Assembly: GCA_051313645.2 (NCBI GenBank)
Contig: JBNRSN020000016.1
Coordinates: 65,596,001 to 65,660,000 of the forward strand
DNA: 64,000 nt
Origin: Centroscyllium fabricii
Taxonomy: Eukaryota
Direction of reading: 5' to 3'
Shown: piece after piece, positions 24,301 to 37,300 of the stretch
Position numbering within the stretch: the stretch's first letter is position 1
How the letters are laid out: every line of letters begins with the position of its first letter
Position numbers and translations under genes: made by a program
Notes under the pieces: model-generated
Databases searched by the model: none
The model's input: the letters and a program-made list of their open reading frames with translations, nothing else
Told to the model about the DNA's origin: nothing

Positions 24301-27300
24301 ACTCTCTCTGCCCCCCCACTCTCTCTGCCCCCCCACTCTCTCTGCCCCCCCACTCTCTCTGCCCCCCCACTCTCTCTGCCCCCCCACTCTCTCTGCCCCC
24401 CCACTCTCTCTGCCCCCCCACTCTCTCTGCCCCCCCACTCTCTCTGCCCCCCCACTCTCTCTGCCCCCCCACTCTCTCTGCCCCCCCACTCTCTCTGCCC
24501 CCCCACTCTCTCTGCCCCCCCACTCTCTCTGCCCCCCCACTCTCTCTGCCCCCCCACTCTCTCTGCCCCCCCACTCTCTCTGCCCCCCCACTCTCTCTGC
24601 CCCCCCACTCTCTCTGCCCCCCCACTCTCTCTGCCCCCCCACTCTCTCTGCCCCCCCACTCTCTCTGCCCCCCCACTCTCTCTGCCCCCCCACTCTCTCT
24701 GCCCCCCCACTCTCTCTGCCCCCCCACTCTCTCTGCCCCCCCACTCTCTCTGCCCCCCCACTCTCTCTGCCCCCCCACTCTCTCTGCCCCCCCACTCTCT
24801 CTGCCCCCCCACTCTCTCTGCCCCCCCACTCTCTCTGCCCCCCCACTCTCTCTGCCCCCCCACTCTCTCTGCCCCCCCACTCTCTCTGCCCCCCCACTCT
24901 CTCTGCCCCCCCACTCTCTCTGCCCCCCCACTCTCTCTGCCCCCCCACTCTCTCTGCCCCCCCACTCTCTCTGCCCCCCCACTCTCTCTGCCCCCCCACT
25001 CTCTCTGCCCCCCCACTCTCTCTGCCCCCCCACTCTCTCTGCCCCCCCACTCTCTCTGCCCCCCCACTCTCTCTGCCCCCCCACTCTCTCTGCCCCCCCA
25101 CTCTCTCTGCCCCCCCACTCTCTCTGCCCCCCCACTCTCTGCCCCCCCACTCTCTGCCCCCCCACTCTCTGCCCCCCCACTCTCTGCCCCCCCACTCTCT
25201 GCCCCCCCACTCTCTCTGCCCCCCCACTCTCTCTGCCCCCCACTCTCTCTGCCCCCCCACTCTCTCTGCCCCCCCACTCTCTCTGCCCCCCCACTCGCTC
25301 TGCCCCCCCACTCGCTCTGCCCCCCCCACTCTCTCTGCCCCCCCCACTCTCTCTGCCCCCCCACTCTCTCTGCCCCCCCCACTCTCTCTCTCTCTCTCTC
25401 TTTCCCTCCCCCCCTCTCTATTCTAATTAGCTGGGACATGGAAATTGGAAGCGATTCACATGTACACATGTTTACAATCTAATTACAAAATTAATTCAAT
25501 ATTTGCACCAATATCTTGGAAACTTGCAAACCAGTGCTACCAAAACCAGGGCGCCTTCCCCCTCGCTGCTCAATGTTGTTGGGCCTGTGGCGTGGGAATC
25601 CTGTAGTTTGTTAGAACTGAGAGAACCTTAGTTTTCTATGCCTGCCTGTGTTTTTTTTCTTACCCTGTATCCTCCATGACCCTCTCTGGGAGCTTGACAT
25701 TTCTTTAGAAAATTGCTGCCAATTTTGAAATCTGTGGCTGATGCCACATTTTAAAAAAGTTATGGATGTCTCACAACTAAAATTGTAATCTTATTAAGGG
25801 GTTCAGATGACTTGGATCATAGGAGCAAAGCTAGATTAGTTCAAGTGAATCATCCAAATCTTAGATGAGATTATACCCTTAAATCACTCCATTCTGTTAT
25901 TACTTATAATGTAATCTAGTTATTTTGTTTGACCTCTTTGTTTTCATCCAGTGGCTGGAAGCTGGGTGCTAAATGTTCTGCTTTTTTTTCAATTTTTAAA
26001 ACAGTACTGATGCATTAATTGGCCCAGAATTGGGTAATAATGGCAAACTAACAGCATTCACCGTTCAGAAAACAGAGAGTTGGGATAAATGGTTCGTTCT
26101 CAGACTGGCAGTCAGTCACTAGTGGTGTTCCGCAAGGGTCGGTGCTGGGACCCCAACTCTTCACAATCTATATTAACGATTTGGAAGAAGGGACCAAGTG
26201 CAACATATCAAAGTTTGCGGATGACACAAAGATGGGAGGGAGGGTGATGAATGAGGAGGACATTTAAAAACCTGCAAAAGGACATAGATAGGCTAAGTGA
26301 GTGGGCAGAGATTTGGCAGATGGAGTATAATACTGGAAAATGTGAAGTTATGCACTTTGGCAGGAAAAATAATAGAGCAAGTTATTATATAAATGGAAAG
26401 GAACTGGAAAGTACTTCAGTGCAAAGGGATCTGGGGGTCCTGGTGCAGGAAACAGAAAAAGTTAATGCAGCAGGTGGTAAGCAAGGCCAACGGAATGTTG
26501 GCTTTTATTGCTAAGGGGATTGAGTATAAAAGCAGGGAGGTCTTGCTGCAGTTGTACAGGGTATTGGTGAGACCACACCTGGAATACTGCGTGCAGTTCT
26601 GGTATCCCTATTTAAGAAAGGACATACTTGCTCTCGAGGCAGTGCAGAGAAGGTTCACTAGGTTAATTCCGGGGATGAGAGGGCTAACATATGACGAGAG
26701 GCTGAGTAGATTGGGCCTCTACTCATTGGAGTTCAGAAGAATGAGAGGCGATCTTATTGAAACATATGAGATTGTGAGAGGGCTTGATCGGGTGGATGCG
26801 GTGAGGATGTTCCCAATGGTGGGTGAAACTAGGACTAGGGGGCATAATCTTAAAATAAGGGGCTGCCATTTCAAAACTGAGATGAGGGGGAACTTCTTTA
26901 CTCAGAGGGTGGTGGGGCTGTGGAATTTGCTGCCCCAGAGAGCTGTGGAAGCTACTACGTTGAATAAATTTAAAACTGAGATAGACAGTTTCCTGGAATT
27001 AAAGAGAATTAGGGGTTATGGTGAGCGGGCAGGTAAGTGGACGTGAGGCTAGGTTCAGATCGGCCATGTGATCTGGACCAGCTTTCGATCGCCTGGATGG
27101 GTCGGAGAGGAATTTTCCTGATTTTTTTTCTCCCAAATTGGCTATTGGGTTTTTTATCTGGTTTTTCGCCTCTCCCAGGTGATCACATGGGTCTGGACGG
27201 GGTGGAGAGTAAAAATAAAATTGAGGTTAGGATCAGATCAGCCATGATCTTGTTGAATGGCGGAGCAGGCTCGAGGGGCCGATTGGCCTACTCCTGCTCC

Positions 27301-28284
27301 TATTTCTTATGTTCTTATGTTCTTACCCCTTTGAAACAGACCGCAACTTCAGGATGTAGCACATGGATGTCTAAACGCGCAAGTCCTGAAGCTGCGGTCA
27401 GTAATTCACTGCTCTGACACTGGCTGGGTTGTGGCCCCCACCCCCATGGCCAGTAATTGGTGAAATCAGTGAAACTGATGAAAACTTGGGCTTTTCCGCA
27501 GTAATATCGCTGTTAAATACCCCATTAACTGTTAGGCCTTGTTAGATTAGGTGTAACTGGGGTTTTAACAGTGAATTGACTGCTGAACAAATGTTATGGC
27601 CCTGAAAAATGATTTTTAATTTTGTGGAGTGTCACATTTCTCCATTATGATAAAAGTTACAATTTTTAAAGGCAAGATGTCACAACACCAGGTTATAGTC
27701 CAATAGTTTTATTTTAAATCACAAGCTTTTGGAGCGCTGCTCCTTCGTCAGGTGAAAGAGAAGTTTCAGATTTAAAATAAAACTGTTGGACTATAACCTG
27801 GTGTTGTGAGACTTCTTTCATTTTTCCACTCCAGTCCAACACCGGCACCTTCACATCATTACAATTTTTAAGAAAGTTAGTTCATGAAATTTCAGGTTTT
27901 ACCTTATCCCCATGTGAGAGCCCCAGTCTTTGTTTTGCTCTCTGCAACATTTTATTAAAAAGTCAGGATAAAAGCAGCTTCTCATTTCCTGCTTCCCTGT
28001 CTCTGCGAATTTTGCAGTGTGATTGCCTGCTTAGACAGCTTGTTGACGTCACAGCAGCTCACGTTAGAGATTTTCCACTTTCTTGCATCAAAAAAGGCAA
28101 AGTTCTTGCCACAGAGATTGCGAGATCTCCATGGGCAGCTTTCTGCAGGCCCAGCGGTGGCTGCCGTTGCTTTGTTGCTGACAGCAAGTTCCAGGCCTAT
28201 GTCTTTCTCCTTGATGTTAATGGTTATCTAAGGATCGATTTTAAAATTGGTGTACTTGTTTGTGATTTCAATTTTTGCAAAGCA

Positions 28285-28331
<47 letters not shown>

Positions 28332-31300
28332 TTTTTTTAATCGAACCGCGGTTTTTGTGTAAATCACGAGCAAGATATGATGTAAAAGAAAGGGTGTTCA
28401 GGTTTCTGTGATTATTAATGTAGATTTTATAGTAAATAATCTGTAGTTCGTTGCAAGGAAATTGTACACCCAGCAATAATTTGATTAGTGTTTGACAATG
28501 CAGCATTCTTATTTGGCCAAATGCTGTTCAAAACATTGGGGCTAACCTCCAAAATGCTTAATGTACAAATCAACTGGGTTCCCGCAGCTTTTCCCCTTCA
28601 GCGTGTAAGTGGCAGTGGAGAGCTAGGGCAACAACTTCTGAAAAAATTGAAAATTAACATAACAGCATTGTTGTGCCTTAAATAGAAGTTGAAAGATGTG
28701 TTGACTAGTACAGGCACAGAATAATATTGCAGGTTGAGCACCGGTAATCCATTACCCGAAACGCCGGCAACCTCAGTGGTCCGGTATAAATCGCCCTGAC
28801 TGCCCTGCGCATGCGCAAAATGGCAGCCGCGATCGAGGCTTCGGTGAATGATCTGCGCAGGCACCGCCGGACGGCAAGCGCATGCGCAGATCATTTAAAA
28901 CGGTCGCTGGACGAGCCGGACCTTCCGTGGCGTCAGGGCGCGGCGGCTCGCGCCGCGTTTTGAATGTGCGAGTCCCGAGCGCCCGCCATGGTGAAGTGCG
29001 CGGTTCCCCGGAGCAACCTGCAGGCCGTCATCAGGAGGCACAAACCGCAGCTGAGACTCAGCAAGGACGTTCGGTGGCCATTTCCAAAGTTGTGCGCATG
29101 CGCGTGGCCATTTTGAATGGTGCGCGCATGCGCACTGACCGACTTCATTCTACCAGTTTTTTCACTTTCCCGGCACGGGCCCGGTCCCGCCCGTACCGGA
29201 TTACCGGTGTTCAACCTGTACTTGCAAATGGAGTAGCAATCGGATTTGGAGGATTGGACTGAACAACCTGCATATGTTCAACACCCCCGGTGCATTGCTG
29301 CCAGTTAATTTATTGTTACTCAAAACCGGCAACATCAAATAGACTTTGTAAACTGGACTGTAAAATTAACTTAACTTATATAATGAATTTATTATATTTT
29401 TTTAAAACAGGATGAAGTAAATGCGCTCTATATAAAATGCCTTCAGTATCTTCTGAGAGATACGCGATTGGTAAGTTATCATTCTGTCTCCTCTCCCTGC
29501 CACCACCCTAAGGTTGTATTGGGAAGGGTAAACAATGCACATATGGTGTAAACTGCTCATCAGTAACTGACCAATGTATTTTTTTTGTGGGATGACTGTT
29601 GCATTTAGAAAATCTTGATGAAGCAGGAAATGCAAATGGCATTGCTGAAACAAGCTGTTGAAGTATGTAAACAAATTCTTATTTCATTTTTAGAATCAAT
29701 TTTCATAATTTGGTAATAGTAGAATGCCGAGACTATTATTTATGTTATAATTAACCCTGCAGATGTATGTACTTCATGGTATCCATGATCAGATCTTTAA
29801 GAGTGTGGGAACTATAGAGGCCAGTCAGGTATGACCTACTCAGTTTTGTTTTTTTGACGCTATTGCAGTTTTACATGTGTAGTAGTACAACTTGATAACG
29901 TTGTTATGATCTTTATTTGGATCCAATTTTTAAAACTTCTGATGTTCTCATGTAATTGTTAAAATTTCATTGGCCCAGAAATTTGGGTCGGAGGCTTCCC
30001 GCGTGTGCAAGCCTCCAACCTGCACTTACCTAGCGCGCCGGCCGTTGAGCTGTGGGCCCGTGTGGAATTCCGATGCGGGGCCTTCCTCAACTGCCGGTGC
30101 GCCGTGCTCACGTATCCCAGCAGCGCAGATAGTGCGAGGGATCGCGTGGGATCATGTGGGCCACGGAGAGCCAATCGGAGCACAGAATGCTCCATTCAGA
30201 AATTTGACAGGAAGACCTGTCAAAAGTATGAAAACTGAAAACTACAAGCCCCAAAACATCACTAAATCTTCAAATAAATGTTTTAAAAGATCACATTTTT
30301 TAAAATAGCTTACAATTGCATTAAATAACTATTTTAAACAATAATTTCAATTTTTGAAAAAATTAATTACAGTTTTGAACGGGGCTAAAAAATAAACTTA
30401 CCTTTCTTTAAAGTATTTAAAAATAATAAACCTGTGGAAAAAATGTTTTAATTTGAATTAATTCACCACTTACCTTGTTTTAATTTGAATTAATTCACCA
30501 CTTGCCTTGTTAAAACCAATGTAAGAAGTCACACAACACCAGGTTTTATAGTCCAACAGTATTATTTGAAATCACAAGCTTTCCTTCATCAGGCACCTCC
30601 ACATCATTGTTAAAGCCAGTCTTTGCACATTAAAAAAGCAGCTGTAACTTTTTCATACTTACCCGGACACAGAATCTTACAAAAAAATCGGAAATGCATT
30701 GCGCACGCGCTGCCACTCCCATGCATGCGTTCCGACCCCTGAACCCTTCTGTCAGGGGATCGGAAGTGCCGGTTTCGCACGCATGCACTGTGCTTGCACG
30801 AAACTGGCACTTTGGATGGGCCTACGCATGAATACCCCGTCCGTCCTCACGCGTTGGGACCTGAATTTCTGGGCCAATACTTTCAGTAACTGTTGAAGGC
30901 AAAAATGTATTGACATTTTAAACTCTGACGAGCAATTTTTTTTTAGCTAAGTAAAGTTTGCACCAACTGTACTTCAGTGTTAAGAATGTTATCACCCCTT
31001 ACTGGTTTGTGCTGTCTGGTTATTTGAAGGATGCTGCTTTTAATAAAACCACCCGAGGTTTACAAGACCTTCAACTAAAAGATTTAGGAATCAAGTCACA
31101 ATTCAGGTGAGATTATTGCTGCTATAAATGTCTACTCAAAGGCTCTGAAATACGAATCTCTCCCTCAATCTTCTGTGGGTATTATTAAGGGTGCTACTGA
31201 TTAACAGCTTTTGTGTTGCATCTAATTAATTTTGTCCTTTGCTTTACTTGAATATTCAACTCTTGGTACAAATGTGTTTGCTACCTGGAAATAGAAACTA

Positions 31301-34300
31301 GCTCTTCACAGCTGTAAATAATTTTCTCAGTAACTATTAAATATGTTTTGGGGGTTTAAAAAAAATCTCATATATAGGTAGGTGTCTTTTCACCCTTGAG
31401 ACCCCACATTGAATGTGAAGGTACCTACTTTGCTGAATAGGTCTTAAGTGAAATGAGTTTGGACAGATGTGGGCTTTGTATTATAGAGTCATAGAACAGT
31501 ACAGCACAGAAAGAGGCCCTTCGGCCCATCGTGTCTGCGCCGGCCATCAAGCCCTGTCTATTCTAATCCCATTTTCCAGCACTTGGTCCGTAGCCTTGTA
31601 TGCTATGGCATTTCAAGTGCTCATCTAAATGCTTCTTTTATGTTGAGGTATTCCTGTTCTATTCTAAATAAGGTTGTAATTTCAATAAAAGTAAACATGG
31701 TGGTGTAGTGAATGGGACAGAATATTAATCAAGAAATAATAGGAGCTTACAACAAAGGTAATGCAATAATCTTGGGGGATTTAATAATGGAATGCAAGTT
31801 TATTTGCATAGCTCTCCCATACTGAGTTTTTTTAAATTTCTGATGTGCTGCCTTGAGGTGGTGCCAGTTACTAAAGACTTCAGCTGATTTTTAAGGGTGG
31901 CATTGGCAGAGGTTTAGGAGAAGGTTTCCCACCTTTTGTGGCACAAGGAAACCACAGGAGAACAAATAGCCAATGGAATTTTTTAGATTGACCAAGATAT
32001 ACTAAACAATTGCATTAAAAGTATCTCTAGTTACAGTATCAGTATGAAAGTTGTGCATATGTGTCAACAATATTAAACCTTTTTGAGGTTTTTTACCCAA
32101 AATAAGTATACATTTTCATTTCAATGTAAGAATGCAAGTAACTGATTCTGCAGATTTCTACATTTATATCATTTGTACTGTAACTCTGTAAATGTTGCAT
32201 GTTTACTGTAGTGTATTTTGAATATCCAAATTGTAAGACCGTTCGAATCCGACACAAAATATGGTTGCAACAAAAAAATGTGTTTATTGTGTTTGACCAA
32301 GTCCAGACACATGCAGTGTCTGTATTCCTCTGGGTAGACGAGTAATCGTCGTCGATCCTTGGAATCCCCAACTCGCTCCACAAATTTTAAGGAAAGCTCA
32401 AGATCTTTATAGGCCATCTCTCATGATGCTGTCATTGCTGGTTCATTATGGCATGACAAGTGTTAATGTGAACAAGACCCCCAGAAATTAGAGATTTCCT
32501 AGAGACACCGGATGCTTACTTGTTTATCATCCTGTCCTATTATCCCACTTCCTATCTCAAAACTGTCTTGGCGATCTTGTTTCTCAATGTGGCCACAAAA
32601 ATAAGTCAACAGGTAAGAATCACACATCCTGCAGAAGATAAACAGCACAGTCAACTAAATTGTACTTTGACACATTAACCTTTAAAGCATCCTGGGAATG
32701 AACAACTTTAACCATTTCATTGGGCCAGGTTTTCCTCTGTGCAGGTTAGTGCATGCGCTAGGACCCTGTGGACACCTAATCGCACGCACCAACATCGCAC
32801 AGAAGTTTCACCCTGACTTTCCTCCCCGTTCCTGCGCTGCGTGGCAGTCCAGCCACGCTAGGTGCGCAGTGTATGCCCCGCCCACAGATCCCAAATTTAA
32901 ATAAAAAACGCCCCCAGATCCCTAATTTAAATTAAAAAATGCGCATAGATCCCGAGTCGGACCTTTGTGAGAGCAGGGAAGTGCGGAGCTGCACTCACAG
33001 ACTCGGCGGGGGAGCAGCGCGGGCAGAGCAGCTTCTCAGAGGAAGAAACGGTAGGTAAGTCTACCATTTTTTCCTCTTAGATTTTTTAATAGCTAGAGAG
33101 TTAAAAATTTCAGAAATTTAACTTTAAAAATTAGCGATTTGAAACGGGTAAATTAACTTAAAATCGGATTTGTGAAATTAAAAAAAAAACTTTAACTTAA
33201 AAATTTAACACTACCGATCTGGCCACATTACTCCCAAAAACTGTAAAAAAATTAAATTAAAGTTAAAAAATTAACTTACCTGCTTTAGTAACTAAATCTT
33301 GTCCCTCACGCACGAGTTTACTACTGGTTTTTCTGGGTGCAGCTTGTGGGCCAGTTGCACACGGAATCACTCTCCAAAAATCACCCTTTTGGATTGCAAA
33401 TTCTGGGTGCAACTCACTCCTGCGTTTGATGCTGAGGGCCCTTCTCCCTCAGCAGAGGAAATTCCCGTTCGTGGGCATCCCCCGTGCTGCACACCCACGG
33501 GGCATTTCGGACCCCCCTCCGTGCGTGTGCAGCTCCTCTGGAGCAGAGGAAAACCTGGCCCACTATTTCTAGCTACAGTACAAATCAACAAGCCAGTAAA
33601 AGGAAAGCAAAAACCCGAATTATGAGATTAAACCAAATTCTAACCCTATGTATATATTTATATACAACTAGGGTATCTTACAAAAGGAAGTGTGGTATTT
33701 ACAGTTATGCTTCCCCCCCACCCCCCACCTCACCTTCACTCAATCTACACTCCAGTGTGAAGAGATCAAGATAGCTAGCAGATATTTCCATGGTTTCTGC
33801 CAGTGCTGTTGTTTGGCAGATATGAGAAGAGAAAGAATCACTCTGTTCCATAAATGATATCAATTGGTTAATGGTAACGTTAAAGTTCATGATATTTGTA
33901 TAGCATCAAGAAATTGTGAAATTAATTAAATGTTAAAATTTCCCGATTGACATGTAATTGTATTTCTGGAATATATGTCGAGAAAATAGATCTTTGTTGG
34001 AAAGAGTTGGATGAACCCATGATCTTTCTTTCATTCTTGTACTCACTTTAGCGAAACTACACAAAGTGTTCATGAATGACATTAATAGCACTAAAGATGA
34101 ATGGGGTATCTGAGAAGGTGTAAAAGGCATTACAATTGTGAAATGTGACCAAATAATACCCAAATATTAATTGTGAAATAATTGGGACATGGTATAGTTT
34201 GAAAAGAATAATGGCACGTAATTTCCGATCGGAGGCATCCTGTGTGCGGATGCCTCCTATCGTCCGGACTCTTCTGCTCCTGGGCCTCTCCTGGTGCGCA

Positions 34301-37300
34301 CGCGCAAAGGCCCAGGTATCCCAGGGGCGCAGGCCCAGGTAGACCTGTCAAAAGTATGAATGGGGACCACTGAAAAAAGACATCAAAACATTAAATACAT
34401 TTTTTTTTAAACCATTACGTTTTTAAAATGAGTTAAAATTACTTTAAATTAAATATTTTCAACAAATTTAATTTTTTGAAAAAAATAATTCAACGGGGCT
34501 AAAAATAAACTTTAAAAAAAAAGTATTTTAAAATTATAAATGAGTGGCAAACAATTTATTTTTTACTTTTTTAAACTCTTATGCTGGTAAATGCAGACCT
34601 TATGCCTGCTTTTACCAGGCGTAAGATTTCTTAAGGGATTTCAGCGGGCGGAGGTTCTGCAGAAAGCGGGACTCTCCACCCCAGAAGACCTTCGACAGGG
34701 CAGGCGTCCGATCTGTCAAGAGGATGCTTGATAGATCGCAAGTGCCGGTTTTCAGCACATGGCACTTCGCATGCCTGAAACCGGCACTTGCGAGGTCCCT
34801 ATGGGTGTGTACACAGCTCGTACACACTCGTAGGGATCAGAAATTACGGACTAATTAACTTTTCAATACAGGGCTAATGGAAATACATTGTCTGTGATCT
34901 CTGCTTGTCAAAGGGTAGCTCTTTTCCTATGAACACTTGAAATTGTGTTATACAATATTAACTTTATTATTAGTAATGAGTTGATATGAAATTCCTCCAC
35001 CATTTTAGAAACCGTTTAAAATAATGCATTGTTATTAATAACAGAATCTGATTTCAGTGGAAAAGGGTGAATTCAATTGCCTCCAGGTTTTTCTTTGCTC
35101 TTTAATTTCGGTTTTCGATGCAGAACAGCCTTTCATTGAAATTAACCTTGCATAAAAATGCTTAGTTGCATGAAATATGAAATAATCTTTGTTGTAGTAA
35201 CATTTTTTGACTTGCAAGAGCCTGCTTGAAAATGGTAAATTCACCTGCCAAGTACTATTGTCATTTTGACAGCCATGTTATTTCTCTGTATTTTCGACCC
35301 AGTAAAAAATTGCATTGGTGTAGTGAAAATATTGGGCCAGAATTTCGGGTTTGCCGGTTGGTGGGCAACTGGGACCATGCGGAGCCCTTAAGAACCGCAC
35401 CAACATCGCACTTTTTTTACTCCCAGCATTTCGGCTCGGCTCCGCCCCCTTCCTGCGCAACGTGGCAGTCCAGCCACGCTAGGAGCGCAGTGTATGCCCC
35501 GCCCACAGATCCCAAATTTAAATTAAAAAACGGCCACAGATCCCCAATTTAAATAAAAAAATGCGCACAGATCCCGAGTCGGACCTTTGAGAGAGCAGGG
35601 ACGTGAGGCGCTGCACTCACAGACTCGGCCCGTCCAGCTTTTGACCGAAGGTAAGTCAGCAATTTTTTCTCTTCGTTTTTTAACTTCACTAAATTAGTTA
35701 AAAATTTCAGAACTCTAAATTTAAAAATTAGTGATTTGGATTAGGTATAGCAATTCAAAATCGGATTTGTAAATTAAAAAAAAAAAACTTTAACATCGAA
35801 ATTTAATGATACCGATCTGGCCACATTACTCCCAAAAACTGTTAAAACTTAAAATTAAAGGTAAAAAAGTAACTTACCTTGTTTAAGAACGTTTTTCTCT
35901 CCCTCACGCACGGGTTACTGCAGCTTTTCTGAAGTGCATCTCAAGGCTCCGTTGCCCACGGAATCACGCAGCAAATTGACCCTTTTGCACCGGAAATCTT
36001 GGGTGCAACTCACTCCTGCGTTTGATGCTGAGGGCCCTTCTCCCTCAGTATCGGAACTCTCAGATCCGTGGGCATCTCCCGTGCGTTCATCGCACGGGGC
36101 ATTTCGTCCGTGGGCATCTGGTTTCAGGCACCCGAAATTCTGGCCCAATGTAAAGAAGCATAGTTCTAAGCTGATGAGTATTTGTTTAATATTTCAGTAT
36201 TAATATACCTCGTGCCAAGCGGGAGTTAAGTCAGCTGAACCGGTGTACTAGTCCACAGCACAAGTTGATCTGCTTACGAAATGTGGTACATGCGGTCATG
36301 CAGTCCCCAAGCCAAAGAGGTCAGTATTTTAGGAATGGTTTGGAAAAAAGTGGTGTTCCTGCTTTGCTTTGTAGTTTTATTTTTCTTTGTATTTGGATAA
36401 TCTTCTATAGCTATAAAAATATCTATCATTATATATAGAAACATAGAAACATAGAAACTAGGAGCAGGAGTAGGCCATTCGGCCCTTCGAGCCTGCTCCG
36501 CCATTCAATGAGATCATGGCTGATCATCCAAACCCAGTATCCCGCCCCTGCTTTCTCCCCATATCCCTCGATCCCTATCGAGCCTGCATCAACACATATC
36601 CCACCCTATCCCCGTAACCCCACATATTCAATCCCCCTAACACTAAGGGTCAATTTATCATGGCCAATCAACCTAACCCGCACATCTTTGGACATGTAGC
36701 ACAAGGACTCCAACAGTGGTCCGGAATTTCCTGCAACAACGATATTGGCGACAAACGCCATAAGTTAGACCATTGTAATTCCCGATACGCCAGTGGTGAA
36801 TTTGTGCCTTAATTTGTTGGAAAACTGATTAGAATATGCCACAGTGAATCAGAATCGGCGCAGCCAATGACTTGTATCTGCAGAGAGATGGAGACCAGGG
36901 TTTCCCACCGCATGCACTTTGTGTCGGGGGATCTGTACCTATTTTAGAGAATGAAGGTCTCCCTGCATTAATAAATGAAGCTGTCACCATTGGATCTGAA
37001 AAATGCAACTGTTTGATTGATTAGTTTGAATTTGTCCTGTCCCAATTGGAAAGTGAGAACCAAGATCTGCAAAGTAGTACAAAGTGGGGCACTATCCAAG
37101 TGACATTTAATTGAACTTATTCTACTTATACTCCATGTAGATATAAATAATAATGGACAAATACACATTTATATATAAGCACAGGCTCTGGATGGTTCAT
37201 TTTTGTGTGTGCACCAGGATGTTGAGCTACATTTGAAACTTCATGTGCTCCAGTATATTTCATGAGAATTTAATACGAGAAAAAGTTTGCACCTATCAGA

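Larger units (their letters stand above)
26021..28197. mobile_element. Old Harbinger-type non-autonomous element split by CR1 and Penelope insertions
   Basis: Ends GGCCCAGAATTG / CAAGTTCCAGGCC; element-like sequence resumes after CR1 tail at ~27325. Confidence 0.5.

Noticed and set aside
23876-25482. Four 460-530 aa ORFs (GGQREW.../PPTLSA... repeats)
   Set aside because: They are read-through of a stop-free 17-bp minisatellite in several frames on both strands, not genes.
32169-32417. 82-aa - strand ORF, possible retrocopy
   Set aside because: It lies across a TG...CA solo LTR with TATA and polyA signals; no recognisable protein.
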